Shown here one piece after another: positions 34,914-44,316 of a stretch of DNA of 64,000 nt. Under the pieces are notes generated by a model, which was not told the origin of the DNA, made no database searches, and saw only the letters and a list, made by a program, of their open reading frames with translations. Origin of the DNA: Candidatus Saccharibacteria bacterium RIFCSPHIGHO2_12_FULL_41_12 (GTDB lineage Bacteria; Patescibacteriota; Saccharimonadia; Saccharimonadales; 2-12-FULL-41-12); contig MGCQ01000001.1 of the NCBI GenBank assembly GCA_001790445.1, forward strand, positions 40,462-104,461. The letters are read 5' to 3'. Position 1 is the first letter of the stretch. Every line of letters starts with the position of its first letter. Position numbers and translations under genes: made by a program.

Positions 34914-34987
34914 CCTGGATTATCAGACAGATCACATATATTCAATAAGCTTTCGCAAATCTGACTAAATAAGTTAAAATATATACA

Positions 34988-35590
34988 ATGAATAACACGG
35001 TTTTCGGGACGGGTTCCAACCTAGCAATGAGAAACATCTCCAATTTGGATACCCTCAAAAAAATGGTTCAGAAATGGAAAGATGAGGGCAGCAAAATCGT
35101 TTTAGTATCGGGCTCTTGGGATTTGATTCATGAGGGACATGCTCTGTACCTAGAAGTGGCAAAATCTTACGGCGATATACTGGTTGTGGGCGTTGATAGT
35201 GACAAAAAGGTTAAAAGACGCAAAGGTCCCAGGCGTCCAATCGTACCACAACAAGAGAGGCTGAGAATGTTATCACACCTTAGGTCTGTAGATGTAGTTA
35301 CACTTAAAGAAGACACCGCTCCTAAGTGGTCACTGATAAAGGCTATTAAACCAGATGTGCTTGTTGCTACAAAAAGCACATACTCTAAAAAAGAAATTGA
35401 CGAACTTGAAAAAAAGTATTGCAAAAAAGTACTGGTTCACGAAAGAATGGCCACCACAAGCACAAGTGCTCGTCTGAGACTTGTCCAAATCGATCTTGCC
35501 AACAAGCTATCTCAGAAACTATCTGAAAAGATTCCTTCTATGATAGACGAGGTTATTGCTCAAGCGGTAAAGCCCGAAAAGGGGAAATAG
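34988..35590 (+). CDS. Cytidylyltransferase-like nucleotidyltransferase (RfaE domain II-like)
   Basis: SGSWDLIHEGHALYLEVAK...VVGVDSDKKVKRRKGPRRPIV (HxGH family). Confidence 0.75.
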   Translation: MNNTVFGTGSNLAMRNISNLDTLKKMVQKWKDEGSKIVLVSGSWDLIHEGHALYLEVAKSYGDILVVGVDSDKKVKRRKGPRRPIVPQQERLRMLSHLRSVDVVTLKEDTAPKWSLIKAIKPDVLVATKSTYSKKEIDELEKKYCKKVLVHERMATTSTSARLRLVQIDLANKLSQKLSEKIPSMIDEVIAQAVKPEKGK

Positions 35591-35596
35591 CCTTAT

Positions 35597-36484
35597 ATGC
35601 CCAAAAAAATTATCGTTGCATATCTGCCTGTTTTGCACTCTGGCTATATAAACTTTTTCAAGCAGAACCCCGATTGTTCAACTTTATATATTATTGGTCC
35701 GGATATTATTGATAATTACCGACCTATTCAAAAAGACGTGCGAGCGTTGACACCAGAAATAGCAAAGGAAGCAATATCAAGTTTAAATTTGTTTGACGAG
35801 ATTAAAATAGTAGACACAGACGATATCAAAAAGCTCAACGACACTTCCACAGCAATAGTTATGCCTGACGAAGATATTTGCCAAGAACTAGCCCAAAAAT
35901 ACTTAGACCGCGCAAATGTCACGTTTTCACCAAGCTTTTTGCGCTGGGATCGAGCACGCAGTAATGCTCAAGATCCTATTATTGCTGACCTAGAAATTTC
36001 TGAAGACAAATTAGACAAAGAAATATTAAACAAAGCATACACAGAAGCCATAAAAAGCTCAGATATCTGGCGGAGAGTTGGAGCGTTAATTGCGAAAAAT
36101 GGCCGAATAACCGCCTCTGCGCACAACCAAGCAACCCCAAATGAACATTCTTCCGTCATAATGGGGGACCCACGCAACAACTACAATAAGGGAGTTGGTA
36201 TAGAGCAATCAATATTTATACATGCAGAATCAAAACTCATAGCCCAGGCTGCAAAAATGGGCGTAAGTCTTAATGGTACAGACATGTATGTCACAACTTT
36301 TCCTTGTCCAGTTTGCGCCAAGCTCATTGCATTTAGCGGGATTAGTAGGCTGTTTTTCGCAGAAGGTTACGGTATGCTCGATGGAGCTGAAACACTCAAA
36401 ATACATGGTGTAAAGTTAATCAAGGTTAATGTTAAACCAAAAGTTGATGATCCGAGTATCCTTATTCCATATCCAGAAAAATAG
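35597..36484 (+). CDS. dCMP/cytidylate deaminase with about 150-aa N-terminal extra domain
   Basis: HAESKLI...PCPVCAKLI zinc-binding deaminase motifs. Confidence 0.82.
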   Translation: MPKKIIVAYLPVLHSGYINFFKQNPDCSTLYIIGPDIIDNYRPIQKDVRALTPEIAKEAISSLNLFDEIKIVDTDDIKKLNDTSTAIVMPDEDICQELAQKYLDRANVTFSPSFLRWDRARSNAQDPIIADLEISEDKLDKEILNKAYTEAIKSSDIWRRVGALIAKNGRITASAHNQATPNEHSSVIMGDPRNNYNKGVGIEQSIFIHAESKLIAQAAKMGVSLNGTDMYVTTFPCPVCAKLIAFSGISRLFFAEGYGMLDGAETLKIHGVKLIKVNVKPKVDDPSILIPYPEK

Positions 36485-36497
36485 CACAACTTAGCTT

Positions 36498-36953
36498 TTA
36501 GATATTATCGGGCACAGAACTCATTTTGAATCGTACTTTATTGTGATTTTTGGGATCACTAAAATCGCCAACTACTACATGAGCATGTAGATGCTCAACA
36601 CTGCCACCATTATAAAACATATCGCCAACTCTCATCCCTAGTGCAAAACTATTGAGATCAAATTGTTTCTCTATCCTGGCCAGAACCTCCATAAACTCTG
36701 CTCGCGACTCCTTGGTTATTTCTTTCATACTGCGTGCATGCTCACGTAAAATAATCAGTAGGTGAGTGGTTGTGTGCTTATACGGATAGTCATTTTTCGT
36801 TACAATCCAGTGTTTTGTCTCAAACTCAATCGGATTGTCATGGTGCTCAATAAAATATTCTGGACAAAACGCACAAACGCCTGAGTCTGTTAATTTTTTC
36901 ATTTTCTCTATCTGCTTCTCATGTCTGCCAGCAGAAATATTGTACTTGTTCAT
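36498..36953 (-). CDS. HIT-family nucleotide hydrolase/transferase
   Basis: Histidine triad HLHAHVV near the C-terminus. Confidence 0.8.
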   Translation of the reverse strand: MNKYNISAGRHEKQIEKMKKLTDSGVCAFCPEYFIEHHDNPIEFETKHWIVTKNDYPYKHTTTHLLIILREHARSMKEITKESRAEFMEVLARIEKQFDLNSFALGMRVGDMFYNGGSVEHLHAHVVVGDFSDPKNHNKVRFKMSSVPDNI

Positions 36954-37453
36954 TGTCTCTCTCTTTCATATGTGACGTAGCAATAGTCAAACTCATTTCT
37001 GTCGTCTCTTGGGCGGGGTTCTCTGTCAATTTCTACCCAACTTTTATCATCAATAAAATCTGGAAAGTGCGCGTCACCTTCTAATTTTGCCTCAACTTCT
37101 GTGGCATATATCTTGTCCGTTTGACTCAAAAATGCTTCATAAATCTGCGCACCGCCGATAATAAAATTTTCGTCCTCAGGTGACAACATTTGCATTACTT
37201 GGCTAACGCTGTGTGCAATTTCTATGCCATCTGCAGAAAAGTTCACATCCCTGGTCAAAATAATATTGCGTCTATTGGGCAGAGGTTTGCCGATACTTGC
37301 CACGATGGAGTCGAATGTAGTCCGCCCCATAATAACTGGATGCCCAGTGGTCAACTCTCTAAATCTTTTTAAATCAGCCGGTAAAGACCACGGCAGTTCA
37401 TTCTTATTGCCGATTACGCGGTTTTTGGTCATAGCGACGATAATACTTATCAT
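36950..37453 (-). CDS. folA: Dihydrofolate reductase
   Basis: ISIIVAMTKNRVIGNKNELPWSLPADLKRFRELTTGHPVIMGRTTFDSI. Confidence 0.93.
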   Translation of the reverse strand: MISIIVAMTKNRVIGNKNELPWSLPADLKRFRELTTGHPVIMGRTTFDSIVASIGKPLPNRRNIILTRDVNFSADGIEIAHSVSQVMQMLSPEDENFIIGGAQIYEAFLSQTDKIYATEVEAKLEGDAHFPDFIDDKSWVEIDREPRPRDDRNEFDYCYVTYERERQ

Positions 37454-37456
37454 ATC

Positions 37457-38353
37457 TCAGGCCGCTACGGGGATACCCTTTATTGATGGATGCGGGTCAT
37501 AATCACTTAGCTCAAAATGTTCACCACGAAAATCATGGATATCTGTCACTTTTTTGCCTTCCTCAGTCAAATGCACAGTGGGGAATGGGCGTGATTTACG
37601 TGCAATAACTTCGTTAAGATATTCGATTTGATCCTCGTAAATATGTGCGTCAGAAATAGTATGAACATACTGACGCGCCTCATAGCCAGTCAAATGCTCT
37701 AATATAAGTGCCAAGGCTGCATATTGGATCATATTGGATGGAACGCCGATTGGCACGTCACCTGAGCGTTGAAACATATGAAGATAAAGCCCCCCGTCGA
37801 TAATGCGTACGTGTATCCAGCCATGACAAGGCGCCAAGGTTACTTTTTGCTGTTTACCTTTACCACGAACAATATATTGCGGAATCCAGGGAGTAACGAA
37901 ATGCGTTCTAAGTTCTGGTAATTCTTTAATTTGTTCGACTAGATGCTTAAACTGATCAAACGAGCCACCATCTGCAGTCGGGAAGTCATGAAAAGCTGCA
38001 CCGTAAGATCCTGGACCAATATCGCCTGGCTGGAGACCACGTTTTTGGCTTTTTGCTGCGGTTGTCCATTGGTCCCACCACATAACGCCGTATTTTGCTA
38101 ATCCATCGCGGGTTCTCTCTCCATTAATAAATGCACATAGCTCGTCAATTGGTTTACGCCAAAAGCCAGCCACACTACGTTCTGTAATGACAGGGAAGCC
38201 GTTACTCAGATCAAAGTGCATTTGTTGGCCAATCAATGTTTTGGCTGCAGGACCTTGCCTTGTGGGCGAGAACACTCCATTTTCTAGTATATTTTTGAGC
38301 ATATCTTGATACTGATGGTCAGGGCGACGTTCTGCAACCGGTAAATATTTCAT
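37457..38353 (-). CDS. thyA: Thymidylate synthase ThyA family (divergent)
   Basis: LAPCH catalytic Cys, FQRSGDV, SNMIQYA (Asn retained), DAHIY, C-terminus DPHPSIKGIPVAA. Lies upstream of folA. Confidence 0.85.
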   Translation of the reverse strand: MKYLPVAERRPDHQYQDMLKNILENGVFSPTRQGPAAKTLIGQQMHFDLSNGFPVITERSVAGFWRKPIDELCAFINGERTRDGLAKYGVMWWDQWTTAAKSQKRGLQPGDIGPGSYGAAFHDFPTADGGSFDQFKHLVEQIKELPELRTHFVTPWIPQYIVRGKGKQQKVTLAPCHGWIHVRIIDGGLYLHMFQRSGDVPIGVPSNMIQYAALALILEHLTGYEARQYVHTISDAHIYEDQIEYLNEVIARKSRPFPTVHLTEEGKKVTDIHDFRGEHFELSDYDPHPSIKGIPVAA

Positions 38354-38433
38354 AAACCTCCAATAGATTAGTTACTTCTAGTATACCAAATGAAAGATTA
38401 TTGTGAACAAAGTAGCTTGATTAATATATAGTA

Positions 38434-38979
38434 TTGTTCTATAATATACATATGATAAGTAAAGAGCATCGACCTCCACACGGTGGTTATGCTGAAGTTT
38501 ATAGCCCAAGAGATCCAAATGAGCTGATCAATCTTCCATGTATTGATTTTGTACCAGGATGTTATGAACCGATGTTATACTCTGCGGATCTATATCATGT
38601 CTTGAGAGAAGATATGATTGCCAGTGATACAGATTCAATGATGAGGCTTGTGCAAGGACAAAAAGTTGAACCTGTCGATGCAGTCAATGCATTTATTAAC
38701 AATAAGCTTGCAGGACAAGGCACAAACGAAGATATCTTAGACATTCTTCCAACATTGGAAGCCATATCGACAAAAAGGGTCACGAATTTTGTAGATATAC
38801 TACTCGAAACGATCAAATCAGACAAAGATTATGCCAGTGATTTATATAGACATCAAACAGTCGTTTCTCCACTCATTATTGATGGATATCTAAGACGTGA
38901 GACAGATGAAGATATTCGACTATTTTTAAGAGAAATGAAGACGAGAAGATATACAGATCAACAATGGGTTGAAAAATAA
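38434..38979 (+). CDS. Hypothetical protein
   Basis: ORF only. The start is uncertain (ATG 38452 is an alternative). Confidence 0.5.
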   Translation: MFYNIHMISKEHRPPHGGYAEVYSPRDPNELINLPCIDFVPGCYEPMLYSADLYHVLREDMIASDTDSMMRLVQGQKVEPVDAVNAFINNKLAGQGTNEDILDILPTLEAISTKRVTNFVDILLETIKSDKDYASDLYRHQTVVSPLIIDGYLRRETDEDIRLFLREMKTRRYTDQQWVEK

Positions 38980-39082
38980 TACATGTTTTGTTACAATATT
39001 TGCATAGTTGCCAGAGACAGTAGCGGCTCGAAAGAGATTTAAGAATGCTACCTAGGTGTTAATCATTTAACGACTTCTAGAC

Positions 39083-39111
39083 TCTTGTTGGCACAAAACA
39101 AGAGTTTTTTT
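39083..39111 (+). terminator. Intrinsic terminator/attenuator in the rplJ leader (possible L10-leader element)
   Basis: CTCTTGTT-ggcaca-AACAAGAG followed by T7, 66 nt upstream of the rplJ ATG. Confidence 0.55.
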
Positions 39112-39176
39112 GTAGCAACTTTTCGGTAAATAACAGGTCGATTACCGGATATATTAACTAAAAAGGCAAAAAATCT

Positions 39177-39701
39177 ATGGCATTAACCAAAGTCAAGAAA
39201 AAAGAAATCATCGATGAAGTTACAAAACTTCTTGAGGAGTCAAAGCTCACAGTTATAGCTAAGTACGAGGGAACTCCCGTCAAAGCTATGCAAGAACTCA
39301 GACGCACAGGCAAAGAAAGCCAAACAAGCTTAAAGGTCATAAAAAACCGCTTAGTCATCAAGGCTATCACCAGTAGCAATAAGTTGAAAGACATCAATGT
39401 TGATGATCTTACCGGCATGTTGCTCTATGGTTTTAACCCTGTTGATGAAGTAGCTCCAGCCAAAGTTATCGCTGACTTCGCTAAAAAGCAAAAAACTTTA
39501 GTGTTTGTTGGCGCAATTTCTGAGGATGGGAAACTCATGACAGCAGACGAAGTAAAAGCACTAGCAAGCTTGCCAGGCAAAAACGAGCTTATAGCCCAGA
39601 TATTGCATACTCTTAATTCTCCACTAAACAACTCGATGAGTGGGCTTAGAGGTGATTTACATGGCATGCTCAAAGGCTTAGAAAAAGCCAAAGCAAATTA
39701 A
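39177..39701 (+). CDS. rplJ: 50S ribosomal protein L10
   Basis: Size, position before rplL and L10-like N-terminal half. Confidence 0.9.
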   Translation: MALTKVKKKEIIDEVTKLLEESKLTVIAKYEGTPVKAMQELRRTGKESQTSLKVIKNRLVIKAITSSNKLKDINVDDLTGMLLYGFNPVDEVAPAKVIADFAKKQKTLVFVGAISEDGKLMTADEVKALASLPGKNELIAQILHTLNSPLNNSMSGLRGDLHGMLKGLEKAKAN

Positions 39702-39720
39702 TTAAGAAAGGAACTTTAAA

Positions 39721-40101
39721 ATGGCAGATTTAAAAAAATTAGCAGAACAATTAGTCAACTTAACAGTGTTAGAAGTCAACGAACTCAGCACTATATTAAA
39801 AGAAGAATATAACATCGAACCTGCTGCTGCAGCTGCAGTAGCTGTCGCTGGCCCAGCAGCTGGCGGAGACGCTCCCCCAGAAGATGCAAAAAGCGAATTT
39901 GACGTAATTCTAAAAGATGCAGGAGCCCAAAAAGTTGCTGCGATCAAAGCAGTTAAAGAAATTACTAACCTAGGACTTGGTGAGGCCAAAGCTATCGTAG
40001 ATGGCGCCCCAAAGCCAGTGTTAGAAAAAGCTAAAAAAGAAGACGCAGACAAAGCAAAAACTCTTCTTGAAGCCGCCGGTTGTACAGTAGAGCTAGCTTA
40101 A
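39721..40101 (+). CDS. rplL: 50S ribosomal protein L7/L12
   Basis: Ala-rich hinge plus [27 protein letters not shown]. Confidence 0.96.
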   Translation: MADLKKLAEQLVNLTVLEVNELSTILKEEYNIEPAAAAAVAVAGPAAGGDAPPEDAKSEFDVILKDAGAQKVAAIKAVKEITNLGLGEAKAIVDGAPKPVLEKAKKEDADKAKTLLEAAGCTVELA

Positions 40102-40194
40102 GCTTATCCACAGATCCTCCGCATCGTATTGACAGATATATACGTCTGTGATACTCTGATGATAATTACTGTCTAAAACACAAATGCGAGGAAA

Positions 40195-40707
40195 ATGAGG
40201 ATGACAGAGATTTCGGACAAACAGATAAAGCGACTTCGCTCATTGATAGCGGAGTCAGAAACATGCCTTGGCGCTGCTAAAGAGTTAATGAACAGCATTC
40301 TTGGCGATGAAGAAGTTACAAGACCAGTCGATACAGAAGAAAACATTGGCAAGGTCATAGAAGGCGTTTTTGACGGTCAAAATATGGTTGGTTCTGATGG
40401 CAAAAATTATCCAGTACCTGCAAACTATGCCAGTAAATCCAAACTAGTGCAGGGCGACATCCTAAAACTGTCTATCGCTGATGATGGTGGATTTACCTAC
40501 AAACAAATTGGACCAATCCCACGCAAACAAGTAGTTGGGTCACTAGAACTAGTTGATGGAAACTACATCGTGCATGTCGGAGAAAAGAAATACCGAGTGT
40601 TGCTAGCCAGCGTGACCTATTTCAAAGCAAAACAAGGCGATCAAGTTAGTATTAACATACCTGAAGACGACAGTGCCGAGTGGGCCGCCCTCGAAGCCGC
40701 GTTATAA
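40195..40707 (+). CDS. Hypothetical protein
   Basis: ORF only. Confidence 0.5.
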   Translation: MRMTEISDKQIKRLRSLIAESETCLGAAKELMNSILGDEEVTRPVDTEENIGKVIEGVFDGQNMVGSDGKNYPVPANYASKSKLVQGDILKLSIADDGGFTYKQIGPIPRKQVVGSLELVDGNYIVHVGEKKYRVLLASVTYFKAKQGDQVSINIPEDDSAEWAALEAAL

Positions 40708-40711
40708 TATA

Positions 40712-41413
40712 TTACGAATAGACTGGTGATTTAGATTCAGCTTCTGGACGTTTTTGTCTTTCTTGACCTAGCATATACCCGTCTAATGAGTAAGCTGGAC
40801 CAATAGATATACCACCCATTGCTAGATTTACTTCACTGATATCAAATTCTCCTTCGATTGGTAGATGAACGCCCATATTTATACCAACATTTCTAGGATT
40901 ATGGCCAAAATTGGGGTTATTACTCTCAGCACTGTTCAAAAGTCTGCAACATTGGGGATTTGCCTCAGTAGCTTGCTCTCCAAACTCTTTAACTAAATTT
41001 TTTGGGAGTTTTCCAAAAAGAGCTAAACTACCACTAACACTCTTACCAAGTCGTGATTCTGATAACATGCCAATAGTGCTATCAAGTCTTGGCTCGCCTG
41101 CAAAAACAGCGATAACACCAACATCAGACGCTACTAGATCATAATTATGTGTGAATACTTGCTCAGCTTGCCAAGGTAGCCCAATAATAGGCCTGATAAA
41201 AACTGGTTCGAACAAGTTAAATTGTTTTTTGGGCGGTCCTGGACTTGATTGTCTATCTAATAGAGCTTCCTGTTCTTGCAATCTTTGTTCTTCTTCGTCA
41301 GCACGCGCTTCAGATTCTTCCCGAGCTCTTCTTATTTCTCGGTTACCAGGCTCTAGCCTCTTCATTATCTTATCAGGGTCGAATCCATTGCCTTTTCTGG
41401 GTCGTTTTGTCAT
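40712..41413 (-). CDS. Hypothetical protein
   Basis: ORF only. Start taken at MTKRPRKG (41413). Confidence 0.5.
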   Translation of the reverse strand: MTKRPRKGNGFDPDKIMKRLEPGNREIRRAREESEARADEEEQRLQEQEALLDRQSSPGPPKKQFNLFEPVFIRPIIGLPWQAEQVFTHNYDLVASDVGVIAVFAGEPRLDSTIGMLSESRLGKSVSGSLALFGKLPKNLVKEFGEQATEANPQCCRLLNSAESNNPNFGHNPRNVGINMGVHLPIEGEFDISEVNLAMGGISIGPAYSLDGYMLGQERQKRPEAESKSPVYS

Positions 41414-41525
41414 AAACACAATTTTAACTTCTACTCGTAAGTTACGCAAGCATATGCTTTATAAGTGTTGTGATGTTTTCCTGCTACTGTTAGCTGTTAG
41501 CTTTCTGCTGTATACTGTTATACAT

Positions 41526-42923
41526 ATGGGAGTCGCATTATACCGCAAATATCGATCTGTAAAATTCGATGATGTTATTGGACAAGATCATATAATTACT
41601 ACTGTGAAAAATATGATCAAAAGTGGCAACATACCCCACGCTTTTTTGTTAACTGGGCCCCGCGGAGTCGGCAAAACATCAGTTGCGCGGCTAATCGCGT
41701 GTAGCGTTAACAAAATTGACTACAAAGATTTAGATTCACAAGTAGACATCATAGAAATTGATGGAGCATCAAACCGCAAAATTGACGAGATTAGAGAAAT
41801 TAGAGAACAAGTCAACATCGTTCCAACCTCACTAAAGTACAAAGTATACATCGTCGATGAGGTCCACATGTTAACCCGTGAGGCCTTTAACGCTTTGCTG
41901 AAAACCCTTGAGGAGCCACCTGAGCATGTAATATTTATTCTTGCTACAACTGAGTTTCACAAGCTCCCACCCACGATTATTAGCCGTTGTATTCGTTTTC
42001 ATTTCAAGCCGATATCAAAAGAGGACATTACTAAACATCTGACAACGATCGCTCAAAAAGAAAAAATTAACATCGATGGATCTGCGATTGAAACTATAGC
42101 GTCCCATAGTGACGGTAGCTTCCGCGACGGGATCACGCTTCTTGAAAACTTCCGTAGTTTTGCTACTAAAGTCAGCCAAGACGACGTAGAACACAACCTT
42201 GGAATTGCAAAAGCATCTATTGTCCAGAGCATTATTGATGCGATAAATGCATCTGATAGTAAACAAGTATACTCTCTAATAGATTCCATGCAGTATAACG
42301 GCGTCAACTATGTGTCTTTGGCTAATGATTTATCTAGCAAATTTAGAAATTCTTTAATTGAAAATACAAATATTATCGCCAAAGACAAAGTTATTGAGCT
42401 TATGGACGGGTTACTTGAGGTACAATCATCAACCCAACCAAAACAAAAACTAGTTATTGTCTTGCTCGGCGCTACCGTAGCCAAAGATACACCTAAGCCA
42501 AAACAAAACACACCCAAAAAATCAGAGACACCTACCGAGATTCCTCCTGAAATTGATGAAAGCCCTGCCAAAGAGCAACCAAGCGAGGACAAAGAACAAA
42601 AATCTGATAAGAACGATTCCATAGAAGAAATTTGGGACGCCACCCTGAAAATTCTTAAGACGGAGCAAAACACTATTTATGCCATTTCTCGCATGGGGAA
42701 AATTGCTAATTTTCAAGATAACAGTTTAACTATAGAATTTAAATTTCCTTTTCATGCAAAACGCATGAACGATAGTAAAAACAAAATATTAGTAGAAAAA
42801 TACCTCTCAAATACAGCTAATGGTCAAATAAATGTCAGTTTCATTGTTGCCGGTGGCCCCGCAGAGGATAAAAATATTCAAAACATAAGCAATATTTTTG
42901 GACACCCAGAAGTGCTAGAATAG
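41526..42923 (+). CDS. dnaX: DNA polymerase III subunit gamma/tau
   Basis: ALYRKYRSVKFDDVIGQDH...LTGPRGVGKTS...LLKTLEEPPEHVIFILATTE. True start at MGVALY. Confidence 0.92.
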   Translation: MGVALYRKYRSVKFDDVIGQDHIITTVKNMIKSGNIPHAFLLTGPRGVGKTSVARLIACSVNKIDYKDLDSQVDIIEIDGASNRKIDEIREIREQVNIVPTSLKYKVYIVDEVHMLTREAFNALLKTLEEPPEHVIFILATTEFHKLPPTIISRCIRFHFKPISKEDITKHLTTIAQKEKINIDGSAIETIASHSDGSFRDGITLLENFRSFATKVSQDDVEHNLGIAKASIVQSIIDAINASDSKQVYSLIDSMQYNGVNYVSLANDLSSKFRNSLIENTNIIAKDKVIELMDGLLEVQSSTQPKQKLVIVLLGATVAKDTPKPKQNTPKKSETPTEIPPEIDESPAKEQPSEDKEQKSDKNDSIEEIWDATLKILKTEQNTIYAISRMGKIANFQDNSLTIEFKFPFHAKRMNDSKNKILVEKYLSNTANGQINVSFIVAGGPAEDKNIQNISNIFGHPEVLE

Positions 42924-42930
42924 TCATACG

Positions 42931-44289
42931 ATGGATGATAAGGGGAAAGAACTACCGCAAAATTTAGAGGCAGAAGCTAGTCTGCTTGGGGCGATACTTA
43001 TAGATACCGATGCAATTATTAAGGTCGCAGACGTCATTGATGAAACAGATTTTTTTGATCCAAAAAATGCACATATTTATCGTTGTATCAAAAAAATATA
43101 TGAAAACAGAGGGGCTATTGACGTACTGACCCTTGCCGATATGCTGAAATCAGAAAACTTGCTTGATTCTGTCGGTGGTTCTAGCTATATTAATGAACTG
43201 ACAAACTTTGTGCCGACAGCAGCACATGTTGTTAAATATGCAGAAATTGTTAGCGACAAATCCATGCGCAGAAAACTGATTAGGACTAGCAAGGAAATTA
43301 CTGATTTTGGTTACAACGAGCAAACAAGTATTGGCGATATTATAGAAACTGCAGAGACAAAACTCTTTGACGTTAGTGGCAAGCATGTAAAAAACAGTAT
43401 CATTTCTCTCGAACAAATTTTGAACGATAGTTTTGAAAGGCTTGACGAACTCCACAAAGACAAGGGTGGGGTAAGGGGATTAAGCACTGGATTTAAAGAT
43501 TTAGACACTGTCTTAGCTGGCTTTCAAAAAAGTGACTTAGTGATTATTGCTGCCAGACCAAGTATGGGTAAAACAGCTCTTTCGCTTAATCTGGCTCACA
43601 ACGTAGCAAAAAAGACAAAAGAGAGAGTGCTGATATTTAGCCTTGAAATGAGCAAGGAACAGCTTGTTGACCGTCTGCTTGCCGCAGAAGCAGGTGTTGA
43701 CGCATGGAATATCCGAACAGGCAACATGAGTGATCAAGATTTTGAAAAAATTGGTCATGCGATGGGCACGCTCAGCGAAGAGCCGATACTTATTGATGAT
43801 ACCCCCAGCATTTCTGTTAGTGAAATGAGGACAAAAGCCAGGCGTGAAATGCACAATCATCCTATTGGCCTAATTATCGTTGATTATCTTCAACTTATGA
43901 GCGGTAGCAGCAAGTTTGCCAACAACCCATCTAACAGAGTCCAGGAAATATCTGAGATCTCAAGAGGTCTTAAAAACATTGCTAGAGAGCTGAATGTGCC
44001 AGTTATTGCACTTTCTCAGTTAAGTCGTATGGTTGAGAACCGTTCACCACAAATCCCGCAGTTAGCAGATCTTCGCGAGTCAGGGTCGATAGAACAAGAC
44101 GCTGACGTAGTCGCATTTATTTACAGGGAAGAATTTTATAAACCTGACACAGAACGCAGACATATTGCAGATATATTAATTAAAAAACACCGTAATGGAC
44201 CGACAGGAAATATCGAGCTGTACTTTGATATTACAAAGCAAAGATTCCGTAGCCTTGACTCTAAACATACTACTCCATTCGACCAATAA
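42931..44289 (+). CDS. dnaB: Replicative DNA helicase DnaB
   Basis: LPQNLEAEASLLGAIL N-terminus, Walker A ARPSMGKTA, LSQLSR motif. Confidence 0.95.
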   Translation: MDDKGKELPQNLEAEASLLGAILIDTDAIIKVADVIDETDFFDPKNAHIYRCIKKIYENRGAIDVLTLADMLKSENLLDSVGGSSYINELTNFVPTAAHVVKYAEIVSDKSMRRKLIRTSKEITDFGYNEQTSIGDIIETAETKLFDVSGKHVKNSIISLEQILNDSFERLDELHKDKGGVRGLSTGFKDLDTVLAGFQKSDLVIIAARPSMGKTALSLNLAHNVAKKTKERVLIFSLEMSKEQLVDRLLAAEAGVDAWNIRTGNMSDQDFEKIGHAMGTLSEEPILIDDTPSISVSEMRTKARREMHNHPIGLIIVDYLQLMSGSSKFANNPSNRVQEISEISRGLKNIARELNVPVIALSQLSRMVENRSPQIPQLADLRESGSIEQDADVVAFIYREEFYKPDTERRHIADILIKKHRNGPTGNIELYFDITKQRFRSLDSKHTTPFDQ

Positions 44290-44316
44290 GCTCCAGGTGG
44301 TATAATTACTTTATTC

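Noticed and set aside
37457-38353. The ThyA homologue as a dCMP or dUMP hydroxymethylase (base hypermodification)
   Set aside because: The specificity Asn is retained, whereas dCMP hydroxymethylases have Asp. The gene is also followed immediately by DHFR, which is only needed if dihydrofolate is produced. I kept it as a lower-interest item to verify.
39702-40052. 116-aa minus-strand Ala/Ser-rich ORF
   Set aside because: It is the mirror image of the Ala-rich rplL coding sequence and an artefact of that composition.
41151-41525. 125-codon N-terminal extension of the dnaX ORF (Cys/Ser-rich)
   Set aside because: It overlaps the opposite-strand gene 40712-41413 and is low-complexity. The canonical DnaX N-terminus (ALYRKYR...) starts at ATG 41526.
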